DNA of 64,000 nucleotides from Clostridia bacterium (GTDB lineage Bacteria > Bacillota > Clostridia > Oscillospirales > CAG-272). Each line of letters opens with the position of its first letter. Within the stretch, counting starts at the first letter, position 1. Position numbers and translations under genes: made by a program. The stretch spans positions 20,440 through 84,439 of the forward strand of contig JAGAMD010000008.1 of NCBI GenBank assembly GCA_017624905.1. The letters run 5' to 3'. Below are positions 36,028 through 45,747 of this stretch, one piece after another. The notes beneath the pieces were generated by a model. It was given only the letters and a program-made list of their open reading frames with translations, was not told the origin of the DNA and did no database searches.

Positions 36028-37893
36028 TTATAGATCCATCAAAATAGGTAAGATAACAGGCTTACGCTTAGTCTTTGTAAAAATGAATTTAGAAATTGCA
36101 TTTTTAACGACGTTTTTAAGCTCTCCCCAGTCCTTAATGCCCCCATCAAGTGCGTGTACAATTGCCTTAGTGGCGATTTCCTTCGTCTCGTTCATTAATT
36201 CCTCGTTTTCGCGAACATAAACAAATCCACGGGAAATAATTTCCGGTCCTGCCATTAAAATGCCTTCATTTAAGCTTACAGTTGCAACAGCAATAATAAG
36301 ACCACTTTCGGATAGGTTTTTCCTGTCTCTTAATACGATATTTCCGACATCACCAATTCCACTTCCGTCAATTAGCACCTTGCCGGCGGGAACCGTACCA
36401 TTAAATCTAGCACCCTCGGAGTCAATTTCAATTACCTTGCCAATATCGGACACAAAAATATTTTGTGGATCCATGCCCATACTTTCGGCAAGCTCCTTGT
36501 GCTGAATTAGATGTCTATATTCACCGTGAACAGGCATAAAGTATTTTGGCTTAACAAGAGCATGCATTAGCTTTAATTCCTCACGACATGCGTGTCCCGA
36601 AACGTGAACCTCAACGCTTGAATCGTGGTAAACATTAACTCCACGGCGATACATCTCATTTACAATCTTTCCAACAAGAGGCTCATTACCAGGGATTGCA
36701 CTAGAGGAAAGCACAACTAAATCCTTGTCAGTTAGCTGTACCTTGTCATGGTCGGAGAAAGCCATTCGGTAAAGAGCTGACATAGGCTCACCTTGGCTAC
36801 CGGTTGTAACTATTGTTAGCTTGTGTGGTGGATATTTTTTTATTTCATCAATGTCGATAAGTACACCCTGTGGCACATTCATATAGCCGAGCTTGACCGC
36901 CGCATTAACTACGTTAATCATACTACGACCGGTTACTGCCACCTTGCGACCGTGATTAACACTTGCATCTATAATTTGTTGCACCCTGTGTACGTTTGAG
37001 GCAAAGGTTGCTATTATAATTCGCTTGTCCTTCGCACCTAAAAATATTCTTTCAAGCGACACCCCAACATTTTTTTCTGATGGCGTATGTCCTTGTCTTT
37101 CTACGTTTGTAGATTCACAAAGAAGCATCAATACACCCTCACGGCCAAGCTGACCAAGGCGAACAATATCCATCATTTCACCATCAATAGGAGTAGTGTC
37201 CAGCTTAAAGTCTCCTGTGTGTACAATTACACCTTGTGGAGTAGTAATAGCAAGAGCACAAGCATCGGCAATTGAATGGTTTACACGAATAAATTCTACT
37301 TTAAAATTACCCGCGGAAATCTTATCACCAACATTTACATTGTGAAGCTTAGCGTTTTGTAGTAGCTTATGCTCATTTAACTTGTTTTCTAAAATTCCAA
37401 GGGTTAAGCGAGTGCCATAAACAGGCACATTCATATTTTTTAGAAAATATGGTAAAGAACCAATATGGTCCTCGTGTCCGTGAGTCAAAAAGATACCACG
37501 AACCTTTTCAATGTTATTTTGAATGTGTGTAAAATCAGGTATTACAAGGTCAACACCTAACATATCGTCGTTAGGGAAGCCAATTCCACAGTCAACGATA
37601 ATAATATCATTCTCACACTCAAACGCAGTGATGTTTTTTCCTATTTCGTTAAGTCCACCAAGTGAATAAACCTTTACAGCCGGCAATACCCTTTTAGGTG
37701 TTTGCTTTTTAGTACGCTTTTTAGTTGTGCTTTTAGTTGTTTGCATAGCTTTTGAGCTTTTAGAAGCTCCTTTGACCTGCTGAACAGGCATTTTCGACCC
37801 AGTATCCTGCTTTTTTGAAGTGCGTACATTACTTCTTTTTACTTTTTTTGGCTCACCCTTGCTTGGAGTGGCAACATTCTTTTTTTCTTTCAT
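36028..37893 (-). CDS. rnj: Ribonuclease J with a ~75-aa lysine-rich N-terminal extension
   Basis: Metallo-beta-lactamase/beta-CASP motifs (LGGLNEIGKN, HGHEDHIG) plus an RNase J C-terminal domain. AAGGAGA SD before the first ATG. Confidence 0.9.
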   Translation of the reverse strand: MKEKKNVATPSKGEPKKVKRSNVRTSKKQDTGSKMPVQQVKGASKSSKAMQTTKSTTKKRTKKQTPKRVLPAVKVYSLGGLNEIGKNITAFECENDIIIVDCGIGFPNDDMLGVDLVIPDFTHIQNNIEKVRGIFLTHGHEDHIGSLPYFLKNMNVPVYGTRLTLGILENKLNEHKLLQNAKLHNVNVGDKISAGNFKVEFIRVNHSIADACALAITTPQGVIVHTGDFKLDTTPIDGEMMDIVRLGQLGREGVLMLLCESTNVERQGHTPSEKNVGVSLERIFLGAKDKRIIIATFASNVHRVQQIIDASVNHGRKVAVTGRSMINVVNAAVKLGYMNVPQGVLIDIDEIKKYPPHKLTIVTTGSQGEPMSALYRMAFSDHDKVQLTDKDLVVLSSSAIPGNEPLVGKIVNEMYRRGVNVYHDSSVEVHVSGHACREELKLMHALVKPKYFMPVHGEYRHLIQHKELAESMGMDPQNIFVSDIGKVIEIDSEGARFNGTVPAGKVLIDGSGIGDVGNIVLRDRKNLSESGLIIAVATVSLNEGILMAGPEIISRGFVYVRENEELMNETKEIATKAIVHALDGGIKDWGELKNVVKNAISKFIFTKTKRKPVILPILMDL

Positions 37894-38013
37894 AAATCTC
37901 CTTTGTTAATTGCACGAAAAAGCACCGTCACATAAGTGGCGGAAATTAAATTTTTGTAAGATATGTATTTCGGCCCCATATCTTTTTCTAAATAACGAAT
38001 ATATGATACTCGT

Positions 38014-38042
38014 ATTATATCACATTCTTATTAAATAGTCAA
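38014..38042 (-). promoter_or_regulatory. Sigma-A promoter (extended -10) of rnj, giving a ~120-nt structured leader
   Basis: Minus strand: TTGACT (38042-38037), 17 nt, TGaTATAAT (-10 at 38019-38014). The leader contains hairpins AGATATG...CATATCT and CCGCCAC...GTGACGG followed by a U-rich stretch. Confidence 0.5.
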
Positions 38043-38052
38043 GAAAAACAAT

Positions 38053-38328
38053 TTATACAAAAAATGCAAGAAAAAGCCCTGTGCCAAAGCCAATCAAGCC
38101 ACTTGAGATAGAGAAGAGAGCTATCTTTAAGGCGTCCTTCTTCTTTTTACCTTTAACTCTTTTACATACCTCAGCACTGAACATAATTCTTTCAGCCTCA
38201 CGCAGAATTTCTCCTTCATCAAATGATGTGAGGTCGTCCTTCATTATGAAATATGCCTCGTCGAAATATTTACTATTTGTGCTCTTTAAAAGCATCATTT
38301 TTCTTTCAAGTCCCTTTATCATTTTCAT
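38053..38328 (-). CDS. Small tail-anchored membrane protein, unknown function
   Basis: 91 aa with a soluble helical N-terminus and one C-terminal TM helix (IALFSISSGLIGFGTGLFLAFFV). Follows spmB in the same orientation. Confidence 0.4.
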   Translation of the reverse strand: MKMIKGLERKMMLLKSTNSKYFDEAYFIMKDDLTSFDEGEILREAERIMFSAEVCKRVKGKKKKDALKIALFSISSGLIGFGTGLFLAFFV

Positions 38329-38355
38329 CTCCTGTTTTTTCTAAGATTATGCCCA

Positions 38356-38898
38356 TTAATTAAAAAGCATATTCAAAAACACTCGAGAAACGATAGACGA
38401 TAAGAGAACACAAAAGAATGAAATGAAAAGTGCAATAGGTAATGCGTGTCGTGTCTTGCGTATTTTTGTTGTTGAAAAATACATACAAATTACATAAATT
38501 ACCGTGTCAGAGGATGCCATAATCACCGATGCACAAATGCCAATTAACGAGTCAGGGCCATATTTTTCCAAAATTCCCTCAAAGGTGGCAATTGAAGCAC
38601 TGCCGGAAAAAGGTCTTAATAGAACTAAAGGAAAAAGCTCACTTGGGATTTTTAAAAAGCCTAAAATAGGAGATAGATATTTACTGATTATCGGCTCAAT
38701 TCCTGATGATAAAAACATAGAAACGGAAACTATAAGCGCACACATTGTAGGCAAAATAGCAAAAGAGCTTTTTATACCGTTTTTTGCTCCTCTTAAAAAG
38801 CTTTCAAAGTATGATTTTTTGCCGAAAAATATTATAATTGCTACCAAAAAAACGACACAGGGTAGCACGAAAAGTGAAATTTTTTTAACTATCTCCAC
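38356..38898 (-). CDS. spmB: Spore maturation protein B
   Basis: Nucleoside-recognition/Gate-domain membrane protein of ~180 aa. It overlaps spmA by 14 nt, the classic spmA-spmB pair. Confidence 0.75.
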   Translation of the reverse strand: MEIVKKISLFVLPCVVFLVAIIIFFGKKSYFESFLRGAKNGIKSSFAILPTMCALIVSVSMFLSSGIEPIISKYLSPILGFLKIPSELFPLVLLRPFSGSASIATFEGILEKYGPDSLIGICASVIMASSDTVIYVICMYFSTTKIRKTRHALPIALFISFFCVLLSSIVSRVFLNMLFN

Positions 38899-39478
38899 TT
38901 ATTTTACCTACAATTCTTGATAGAAGTATGCCAAGACACATACAAACACCTGAAACAATCCACACAGGCACGATTATTTCATATGTAATACTCGCTTTCA
39001 TAGCTGTACGAACAGCTATAACCGTTGTAGGCACAAGGCAGAAGCAAGACGAACCGATAATAGACAAGGTTATCATATCATTTGTGGCTTTATCGCTGTT
39101 TCGTCCCTCGTTTAGCTTTTCAATAGCATTTAGTGCCAAGGGCGTTGTGGCGTTTGACAGCCCTAGCAGATTGGCACTGATACAAGCTGTAATTTCTTTA
39201 TCTCCCTTTTTTTCCTTAAAAGCACGAGGAAAGACAAATTTAAGCACCGGCTTTAGTATTTTTGCAAGGAAGGAAATGAGTCCGCAATCCTTGAAAACCT
39301 CCATTATTCCATTCCAAAAAACCATAATTCCAAGCAAGGAAAGAGTGGTGGTAACACTTTTTTGAGCACCGCTTAATATTCCCTCGTTTATCCCCTCCAA
39401 ATTGCCTGAAAATATTGCAAAAGCCACTGAGATAATACATAAAGCACCAAAACATTTTCCTATCATAATATCTCCCAA
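38885..39478 (-). CDS. spmA: Spore maturation protein A
   Basis: Gate-domain membrane protein of ~197 aa (LSLLGIMVFWNGIMEV..., ANLLGLSNATPLA-like motif) upstream of spmB. Confidence 0.75.
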   Translation of the reverse strand: MGDIMIGKCFGALCIISVAFAIFSGNLEGINEGILSGAQKSVTTTLSLLGIMVFWNGIMEVFKDCGLISFLAKILKPVLKFVFPRAFKEKKGDKEITACISANLLGLSNATTPLALNAIEKLNEGRNSDKATNDMITLSIIGSSCFCLVPTTVIAVRTAMKASITYEIIVPVWIVSGVCMCLGILLSRIVGKISGDS

Positions 39479-39522
39479 AAAATCAAATAATTAGATAAAT
39501 TGTAAAAAAATGTAAATTTTCA

Positions 39523-39551
39523 TTGACGAACATAGTCAAATATGATAAAAT
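39523..39551 (+). promoter_or_regulatory. Sigma-A promoter (extended -10) of abrB
   Basis: TTGACG (39523-39528), 17 nt, TGaTAAAAT (-10 at 39546-39551). Confidence 0.5.
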
Positions 39552-39593
39552 ATAATCAGCTACAGCTAACCAAAATAAAGTGAGGTAATAATT

Positions 39594-39839
39594 ATGAAAT
39601 CAACTGGTATTGTAAGAAAGATGGACGAGCTTGGACGAATTGTTTTGCCAATTGAGTTAAGAAACAAGCTTGAAATTGGACCAAAGGATCCAATTGAAAT
39701 TTTCACAGACGGTGATAAAATTGTGCTAAAAAAATATCAACCTTGTTGTATTTTATGCTCAAGCACAAGTGATAATGTTTTAATCAATGAAAAAAGAGTA
39801 TGCAAAAAATGCATTGAGAAGCTAAACGCACTAAAGTAA
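39594..39839 (+). CDS. abrB: AbrB-family transition-state regulator with a C-terminal Cys-rich tail
   Basis: N-terminal SpoVT/AbrB swapped-hairpin domain MKSTGIVRKMDELGRIVLPIELRNKL. C-terminal CCxxC...CxxC. Confidence 0.85.
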   Translation: MKSTGIVRKMDELGRIVLPIELRNKLEIGPKDPIEIFTDGDKIVLKKYQPCCILCSSTSDNVLINEKRVCKKCIEKLNALK

Positions 39840-39852
39840 TCAAGGAGACACT

Positions 39853-42138
39853 ATGGAAAAACTATTAAGATATGATGCGCCAGCTACCATTTTTGAGGAA
39901 GCATTACCAATAGGTAATGGCTCTCTTGGTGCAATGATATATGCGGATTCCAAAGTTGAAAAAATTCCAATTAATCATGACACTCTTTGGTCAGGAAAGC
40001 CTGGGCATTATTCTGTTGAGGGTGCTAAAGAGTCATTTGAAAAGGCTAAGCTGCTTGTTGAAGAGGGAAGGTATCACGATGCACAAGTAGAGCTTGAAAA
40101 TAATTTCACAGGAATGTGGTTAAATTCTTACCTTGTTCTAGGTGAATTATATATTGAGTCCTTAACAGATGGGGAGGTTAAAAATTACGAAAGAACACTT
40201 GATCTTGAAACCTCAACCGTTACTGTGAAATATGAACAAAATGGTGTGAAATTTGAAAGAGAATATTTTATCTCATATCCGGACAACTGTATGATGATAA
40301 AGCTAAAATCGTCAGAAAACGCAAGCTATAAGCTTTATGGTGGACACATCGGTAAAAGCCACGTAACAGCAGGTGATGAGGTTTTATATTTCTCATTTGA
40401 AAGCCCAACAACAATAGGACCGGAATATGCAGCAAAGCAACGCCCTGTTACATACGATGGCGAGAGCGTAAAGGCTAGTGCTATTGCAAAAATTAAATCA
40501 GATGGTGAGATAGACACTGAGGGAGATGCAATTTCTGTTACAGGTTCAAAGGATGTAACTATCTATTTTCTAGCAGAAACCAGCTTTGTAGACCCATTAA
40601 CCCCACCAAACAAGCCAACCTTTAAGCCTAGCATTGAAAGAATGGAGACACTTAGCCAAAAATCATACGAGACTATTAAAGAGGAGCATCAAAAGGATGC
40701 ATCAAGCCTATTTAATAGAGTTCAAACTAATTTTGGCGGAGAGGTCAGTATAAAGACCACGGATAGACGTCTAATGGACGGAGATAAGGACCTTGGAATG
40801 TGTGAGCTCCTTTTCAATTTCGGCAGATATTTGATTATTTCTGCATCAAGAAAGGGTAGTCGTGCAACTAATCTACAAGGTATTTGGAATGATAAATTCT
40901 ATGCACCTTGGTCATCAAACTATACTGTAAATATCAATTTAGAGATGAACTATTGGCCTGTGCTTATGTGTAATTTGGCAGAGTGCCACGAGCCACTTAT
41001 TGAGCTTGTCAAATTTGTAAGTCAAAAGGGTAAGCAAACAGCAAAGGAGTTTTATGGAGCACCTGGCTTTGTTTCTCACCACAATATAGATTTGTGGGCA
41101 AACACCACACCTGTCGGTAATAAGGTTGAGGATTCCTCAAGGTACGCATTTTGGAATATGTCATCAGGTTGGCTCTGCCGTCATCTATACGAGCATTATG
41201 AATATACAGGCGACCGTGATTTTCTTGAAAAGATTGCATATCCAATAATGAAGGAAAGTGCGAAATTCTATTTGTATATGCTCACAGAGAAGGACGGAAA
41301 ATATATAATGACTCCGTCAACATCTCCGGAAAACGGTGTGATTATTGATGGCAAAAAGACATTCACCTTACCATATGCAACAATGACACAGTCAATAATT
41401 GAGGATCTGTTTAAAAACATTTCAAAATCAGCTGAGATACTTGGAATTGATGATGATTTTGTAAAGGAAATTAATCAAAAGAAGGATAAGGTTGGCATTT
41501 ACAAAATCGGCTCACAAGGACAGCTCCTTGAGTACGATAAGGAATACGAGGAGGAGGATGTTCATCATAGACATGTTTCACATCTCTATGCACTTTATCC
41601 GGCAGATCTAATTACAACCGATAGAACCGAAAAGTTGGCTAATGCTTGTCGTCAAACACTTGAAATAAGAGGAGACGAGAGCACAGGCTGGAGTATGGGA
41701 TGGAAGGTTAATCTTTGGGCAAGACTCAAGGATGGCGATCGTGCTATGAAGCTGGTTAAAACACAGCTCACCTGTGTTGCACCAAACAACGAAATCAATT
41801 ATAGCGGTGGTGGCGGAACATATCCAAATATGTTTGACGCACACCCCCCATTCCAAATTGATGGTAACTACGGCGTATGTGCAGGTATTTGCCAAATGTT
41901 CTTACAATGTGAAGATGGAAAAATAAAAATATTGCCGGCGTTACCAAGTGAAATGCAAAATGGCTACATCAAGGGACTTTTGGCAAAGGGCAATATTACA
42001 GTTGACATCGAATGGGAAAATGGCAAATTAAAGGAGCTTAAATTAGTAACACCAATTAAACAAACTGCTATAATAAATATAGGTGGCAAGGATCAAGAGG
42101 TATTGCTTGAGCCAAACCAAGAAATATTTATAAAGTAA
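39853..42138 (+). CDS. Glycoside hydrolase family 95 (alpha-L-fucosidase type)
   Basis: N-terminal signature LRYDAPATIFEEALPIGNGSLGAMIY...HDTLWSG. ~760 aa. No signal peptide. Confidence 0.8.
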   Translation: MEKLLRYDAPATIFEEALPIGNGSLGAMIYADSKVEKIPINHDTLWSGKPGHYSVEGAKESFEKAKLLVEEGRYHDAQVELENNFTGMWLNSYLVLGELYIESLTDGEVKNYERTLDLETSTVTVKYEQNGVKFEREYFISYPDNCMMIKLKSSENASYKLYGGHIGKSHVTAGDEVLYFSFESPTTIGPEYAAKQRPVTYDGESVKASAIAKIKSDGEIDTEGDAISVTGSKDVTIYFLAETSFVDPLTPPNKPTFKPSIERMETLSQKSYETIKEEHQKDASSLFNRVQTNFGGEVSIKTTDRRLMDGDKDLGMCELLFNFGRYLIISASRKGSRATNLQGIWNDKFYAPWSSNYTVNINLEMNYWPVLMCNLAECHEPLIELVKFVSQKGKQTAKEFYGAPGFVSHHNIDLWANTTPVGNKVEDSSRYAFWNMSSGWLCRHLYEHYEYTGDRDFLEKIAYPIMKESAKFYLYMLTEKDGKYIMTPSTSPENGVIIDGKKTFTLPYATMTQSIIEDLFKNISKSAEILGIDDDFVKEINQKKDKVGIYKIGSQGQLLEYDKEYEEEDVHHRHVSHLYALYPADLITTDRTEKLANACRQTLEIRGDESTGWSMGWKVNLWARLKDGDRAMKLVKTQLTCVAPNNEINYSGGGGTYPNMFDAHPPFQIDGNYGVCAGICQMFLQCEDGKIKILPALPSEMQNGYIKGLLAKGNITVDIEWENGKLKELKLVTPIKQTAIINIGGKDQEVLLEPNQEIFIK

Positions 42139-42167
42139 GCTTTAAGCCTGTTTAATTGGAGGTACAT

Positions 42168-43013
42168 ATGAAAAATTTGGGATATTATAACGGCAATATA
42201 GGACTAATTGATGAAATTAGTGCACCTATTACGGACAGGGCGTTTTACTTCGGAGACGGGGTTTATGATGCGGTCATGTGCCGAAATAATATCCCATATC
42301 TTTTATCTCATCATATAAACAGAATATATAAAAACGCATCTCTTTTAAGTATAGCTCCGCCAAATACAAAGGAAGAGCTTTCTCTGCTCATAAAAGAACT
42401 GGTAAAGAGAGTAGATGGCGAGGAAAAATTTGTATATTTTCACATTTCTCGTGGTAGCGGAATTAGAAATCACGAGTTTACTAATACAAAGGGAAATCTT
42501 TGTATAATGATAAAGCCTCAAAAAATAGAAAATGTATATGAAAAAATGGATGTATGCACTACAAAGGACATTCGCTTTCAAATGTGTAATATAAAAACAC
42601 TAAACCTAATTCCAAGTGTTTTGTGTGCTCAACATGCCAAAAATAACAAATGTGAAGAAAGCGTTTTTGTCCGTGATGGTTATGTTACAGAATGCTCTCA
42701 TAGTAACATTTCAATTTTGAAAAACGGTAAGCTGATAACCGCTCCTGCCGATTGCCATATTTTGCCGGGTGTTACTCGAGCAAATTTAATATCAGTCGCT
42801 CAAAAGAACAATATTGAGGTGATAGAGAAAAGGTATACACTTGCTGAACTAATAGATGCCGACGAAATAATAGTAACAAGCTCCTCTAAAATGGCAAAGG
42901 GCGTAAAAACAGTTGATGGAAAAGTAGTCGGTGGCAAGGACGAAAACACCTTAAAGCTACTTCAAGATGAAATCTATTTTGACTATATAAATACAACAAA
43001 TATACATTTATAA
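42168..43013 (+). CDS. dat: D-amino-acid (D-alanine) aminotransferase, fold-type IV
   Basis: Fold-IV motifs (FYFGDGVYD, IKTLNLIPSVL with the catalytic Lys, YVTECSHSNISILKNGKLITAP, ILPGVTR). GGAGG SD before MKNLGY. Confidence 0.8.
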   Translation: MKNLGYYNGNIGLIDEISAPITDRAFYFGDGVYDAVMCRNNIPYLLSHHINRIYKNASLLSIAPPNTKEELSLLIKELVKRVDGEEKFVYFHISRGSGIRNHEFTNTKGNLCIMIKPQKIENVYEKMDVCTTKDIRFQMCNIKTLNLIPSVLCAQHAKNNKCEESVFVRDGYVTECSHSNISILKNGKLITAPADCHILPGVTRANLISVAQKNNIEVIEKRYTLAELIDADEIIVTSSSKMAKGVKTVDGKVVGGKDENTLKLLQDEIYFDYINTTNIHL

Positions 43014-43041
43014 AGAAAAAAGACCCGAATGGGTCTTTTTT
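43014..43041. terminator. Bidirectional terminator
   Basis: GACCC-GAAT-GGGTC flanked by A7 and T7. Confidence 0.75.
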
Positions 43042-43868
43042 TAATAGTAAAATGCGTGGTTTCCAATCTGTGCATAAAGCTCTCTGTTTTTTGCCACCCA
43101 GCTGTTTGGTGCTACTCTAGGATTGATAAAGTAAAAAATATAGTTGTTTACGGAGTAACCCTCGAGACAGATTTTAGCCGCAATTATACTCTCACTGTTT
43201 GCATTCTTATATATAGTACCATTAGCAGTTGGACTAAATTGTACACCATTTTTCTTATCGAAAATAACGCCGTAAATAGTGTTAGGGAAGTATGAGGAGC
43301 GGACTCTGTTTAATATAACATTTCCAACTGCTATTTTACCCTTCAATATTTCACCGCCACTTTCGGCATTAATTATTTTTGATAACCAATAAACCTCGTC
43401 ATCTCTATAAAATTGGTCGCCGGATAATATTCCGCCACTTCCACGAGTAACGTAGAATGATGAGGTAGCATTGCTCCAACTAATTTTAGCATCAAAAGCC
43501 TTTGAAAGAAGGATAACCGGCGCATACATAATACCATTTTTCATAAAAATAGGCGATGGAGTGTACAAATAACGACCATTTGCCACTATGTAGCTTGAGC
43601 CATCCTTGACCGTCATATATAGCTTGCTTGACGATATTGTCAAGGTTCTGTTTGAATAGCTGTACGTAACCTTAGCACTTGAATCAATTGCGTTAGCAAA
43701 GCGACGCACTGCAACAAAGGTAGTGCCATCCTGTACACGCACATTTCCTGTGAATTCTTGACTGTTTATGTAAACTCCAACACTTGAGCCACCTGTGGCG
43801 TTTGCCGTTATGGAAAATGTTGAAATAAGCAAAACAAATACAAAAATAAAAGATAAAGTTTTCTTCAA
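43041..43868 (-). CDS. SleB/CwlJ-family (Hydrolase_2) cell-wall hydrolase with a copper-amine-oxidase-N-like stalk domain
   Basis: C-terminal motif INAESGGEILKGKIAVGNVILNRVRSSYFPNTIYGVIF...QFSP. N-terminal Cu_amine_oxidN1-like domain. Probable TTG start at 43868 gives the canonical signal peptide KKTLSFIFVFVLLISTFSITANA. Confidence 0.75.
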   Translation of the reverse strand: MKKTLSFIFVFVLLISTFSITANATGGSSVGVYINSQEFTGNVRVQDGTTFVAVRRFANAIDSSAKVTYSYSNRTLTISSSKLYMTVKDGSSYIVANGRYLYTPSPIFMKNGIMYAPVILLSKAFDAKISWSNATSSFYVTRGSGGILSGDQFYRDDEVYWLSKIINAESGGEILKGKIAVGNVILNRVRSSYFPNTIYGVIFDKKNGVQFSPTANGTIYKNANSESIIAAKICLEGYSVNNYIFYFINPRVAPNSWVAKNRELYAQIGNHAFYY

Positions 43869-43982
43869 ATAACCATCCTTTCCTAGTAGATTATTGCTCG
43901 AACAATTACAATAATATTCTATCATTGGAAAGGAATTAATTCAAGGAACAATATTTGGTAATAGCTATACCTAAATTAAATT

Positions 43983-45674
43983 CTAATTTTTAATAATTCG
44001 TTTAAAAAGAGCAAATTCATCCTTTGAAATTGCACCAAAAGCACTAGAAAACACGATGTAAAAAACACAACAAATTGCTATTTTAATTACTGTTGCACTC
44101 TTTTGATATGTTAATGCCCAATCAAAAGCCTCAAAATTAAATATAAATTTAGAAATTATTGTTGATAAAACGATGCTTGCTGTGGGGATTATAACCCACT
44201 TAAAGACTTTTGCCTTAACCTCGGTTTTAGAAAGAAGCTTTATTATGCTCAGCGATGTATTTAGAAGCTCGGTTATAAAAATAACAACAATATAGCCATT
44301 AATTCCCATTTTAGGTAACAAAATAAGAATTAAAGCAACACTGAGAAGTGAGTCAATTATATTTACTCGCATTGAATAAACCTGTTCGCCCAAGCCCTTA
44401 AGCATTGCATCAACAGCACCATCAAGATACATAAGAGGAATCAATGGAGAAAGCATACGTATAAATTTTCCTGCCTCCAAGCTTCCAAAAAAGTAAGAGC
44501 CTATTTCATTTGAAAAGCAAATGAAAACACCCGAGACTCCGAGAGAGAAAAGCAAGGAAAAAGCAAAAACCCGACCAACAATATAGCGAATTCTAGCAAA
44601 GTCTTTGGCTTCATATGAAGAGGAGATTTCAGGAACAAGCAGGGAAGAAAAAGCACCTAAAACGGATGATGGAAAAAATATAAGTGGAAAAACCATACCA
44701 CACAAAACACCATATGAGCTAAGAGCCACACTCGCCCCCAGACCACTTTTCTTTAGCCCCCAAGGTATTGCCAAATGTTCAATAGTCGATAAAGCTGAAC
44801 GCACGTAGGCACTTATTGCAACAGGAAAAGCAATAGAGAATATTGTTTCCCCTTGCTCATCTTTTAAGTTGTTTTTAAAAAATTCTTTAATTTTCGTCCA
44901 TAAAGACTTGCTTTTTCGCTCGTTTTTAGACACGTGTGAGAGGTTTTTTGACAAAACAGTACATAATATCTCTTTGTCGCTTTGCTTCTTTTTGTGTAAT
45001 AGTCTATCGAAAAAATAAAGAGTAATGTTTATAAGCATACTTGATAATTCTGCAACCAGTCCACCAAGTGCTATGCTAATACAGGCATATTCTATTCCGG
45101 CAGGAGCTATAAGAACTAAAAGTGCACTAATTGTAGCTATTTTTATTCCTTGCTCACAGAATTGTACAGCTACATTTTTATATACTCGTCTCACTGCACA
45201 AAAATAACCATTTATCATACTGGAAATTGCTATTGGTACAAGCGTAAATGACATAACTCTAAGCGATAAAATCACACGTGAATCATCTAGTAAATAATCA
45301 CCGATTGCACGTGAGAGCAAAAACAAAAGAATAGTTGCCAAAAAAGAAAAAAACAAGCAATATGAAAGTGCATTTAACATTATTTTCCGCACACGTATGT
45401 GGCTGTTTTTATCAAGGCAGTTAGTTTTTTCTTTGTATGGCAAAGCACTTGAAACAAGTCTTACAACCGCTAAGTTTATACCTGATGTCGCAAGAGTAAT
45501 AGCGAAGGAATAAATGCCTGAAACAAGCGTGATTAGTCCCATTGCCTCGCTACCTATTTTACCGGACACAAAAACGTTAAAGCTAACGGAAATAGAGTGG
45601 ATTACTATACTTGCAACCGATACTATAAGCGCATTGAAAAAATATTTTTGTATTCTGTTTATTTCAATCACCAC
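43983..45674 (-). CDS. MOP-superfamily flippase, SpoVB/MurJ-like
   Basis: ~14 TM helices and polysaccharide-biosynthesis-protein topology, with a basic insertion in the central loop. The listed start is GTG, so the exact start is uncertain. Confidence 0.65.
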   Translation of the reverse strand: MVIEINRIQKYFFNALIVSVASIVIHSISVSFNVFVSGKIGSEAMGLITLVSGIYSFAITLATSGINLAVVRLVSSALPYKEKTNCLDKNSHIRVRKIMLNALSYCLFFSFLATILLFLLSRAIGDYLLDDSRVILSLRVMSFTLVPIAISSMINGYFCAVRRVYKNVAVQFCEQGIKIATISALLVLIAPAGIEYACISIALGGLVAELSSMLINITLYFFDRLLHKKKQSDKEILCTVLSKNLSHVSKNERKSKSLWTKIKEFFKNNLKDEQGETIFSIAFPVAISAYVRSALSTIEHLAIPWGLKKSGLGASVALSSYGVLCGMVFPLIFFPSSVLGAFSSLLVPEISSSYEAKDFARIRYIVGRVFAFSLLFSLGVSGVFICFSNEIGSYFFGSLEAGKFIRMLSPLIPLMYLDGAVDAMLKGLGEQVYSMRVNIIDSLLSVALILILLPKMGINGYIVVIFITELLNTSLSIIKLLSKTEVKAKVFKWVIIPTASIVLSTIISKFIFNFEAFDWALTYQKSATVIKIAICCVFYIVFSSAFGAISKDEFALFKRIIKN

Positions 45675-45747
45675 ACATTCAGTAATATATATGTGGAAAC
45701 ATCTCTAAAAATACAAAAGCCTGACCAAAAAGGACAGGCTCTTACTA

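Noticed and set aside
36002-36220. A 72-aa plus-strand ORF at the 3' end of rnj.
   Set aside because: It is antisense to the conserved RNase J C-terminal domain and has no SD. It is a shadow ORF.
38504-39365. Two long plus-strand ORFs (138 and 145 aa) opposite spmB and spmA.
   Set aside because: They are antisense shadows of the recognisable spmAB membrane-protein genes, with no ribosome-binding sites or recognisable motifs.
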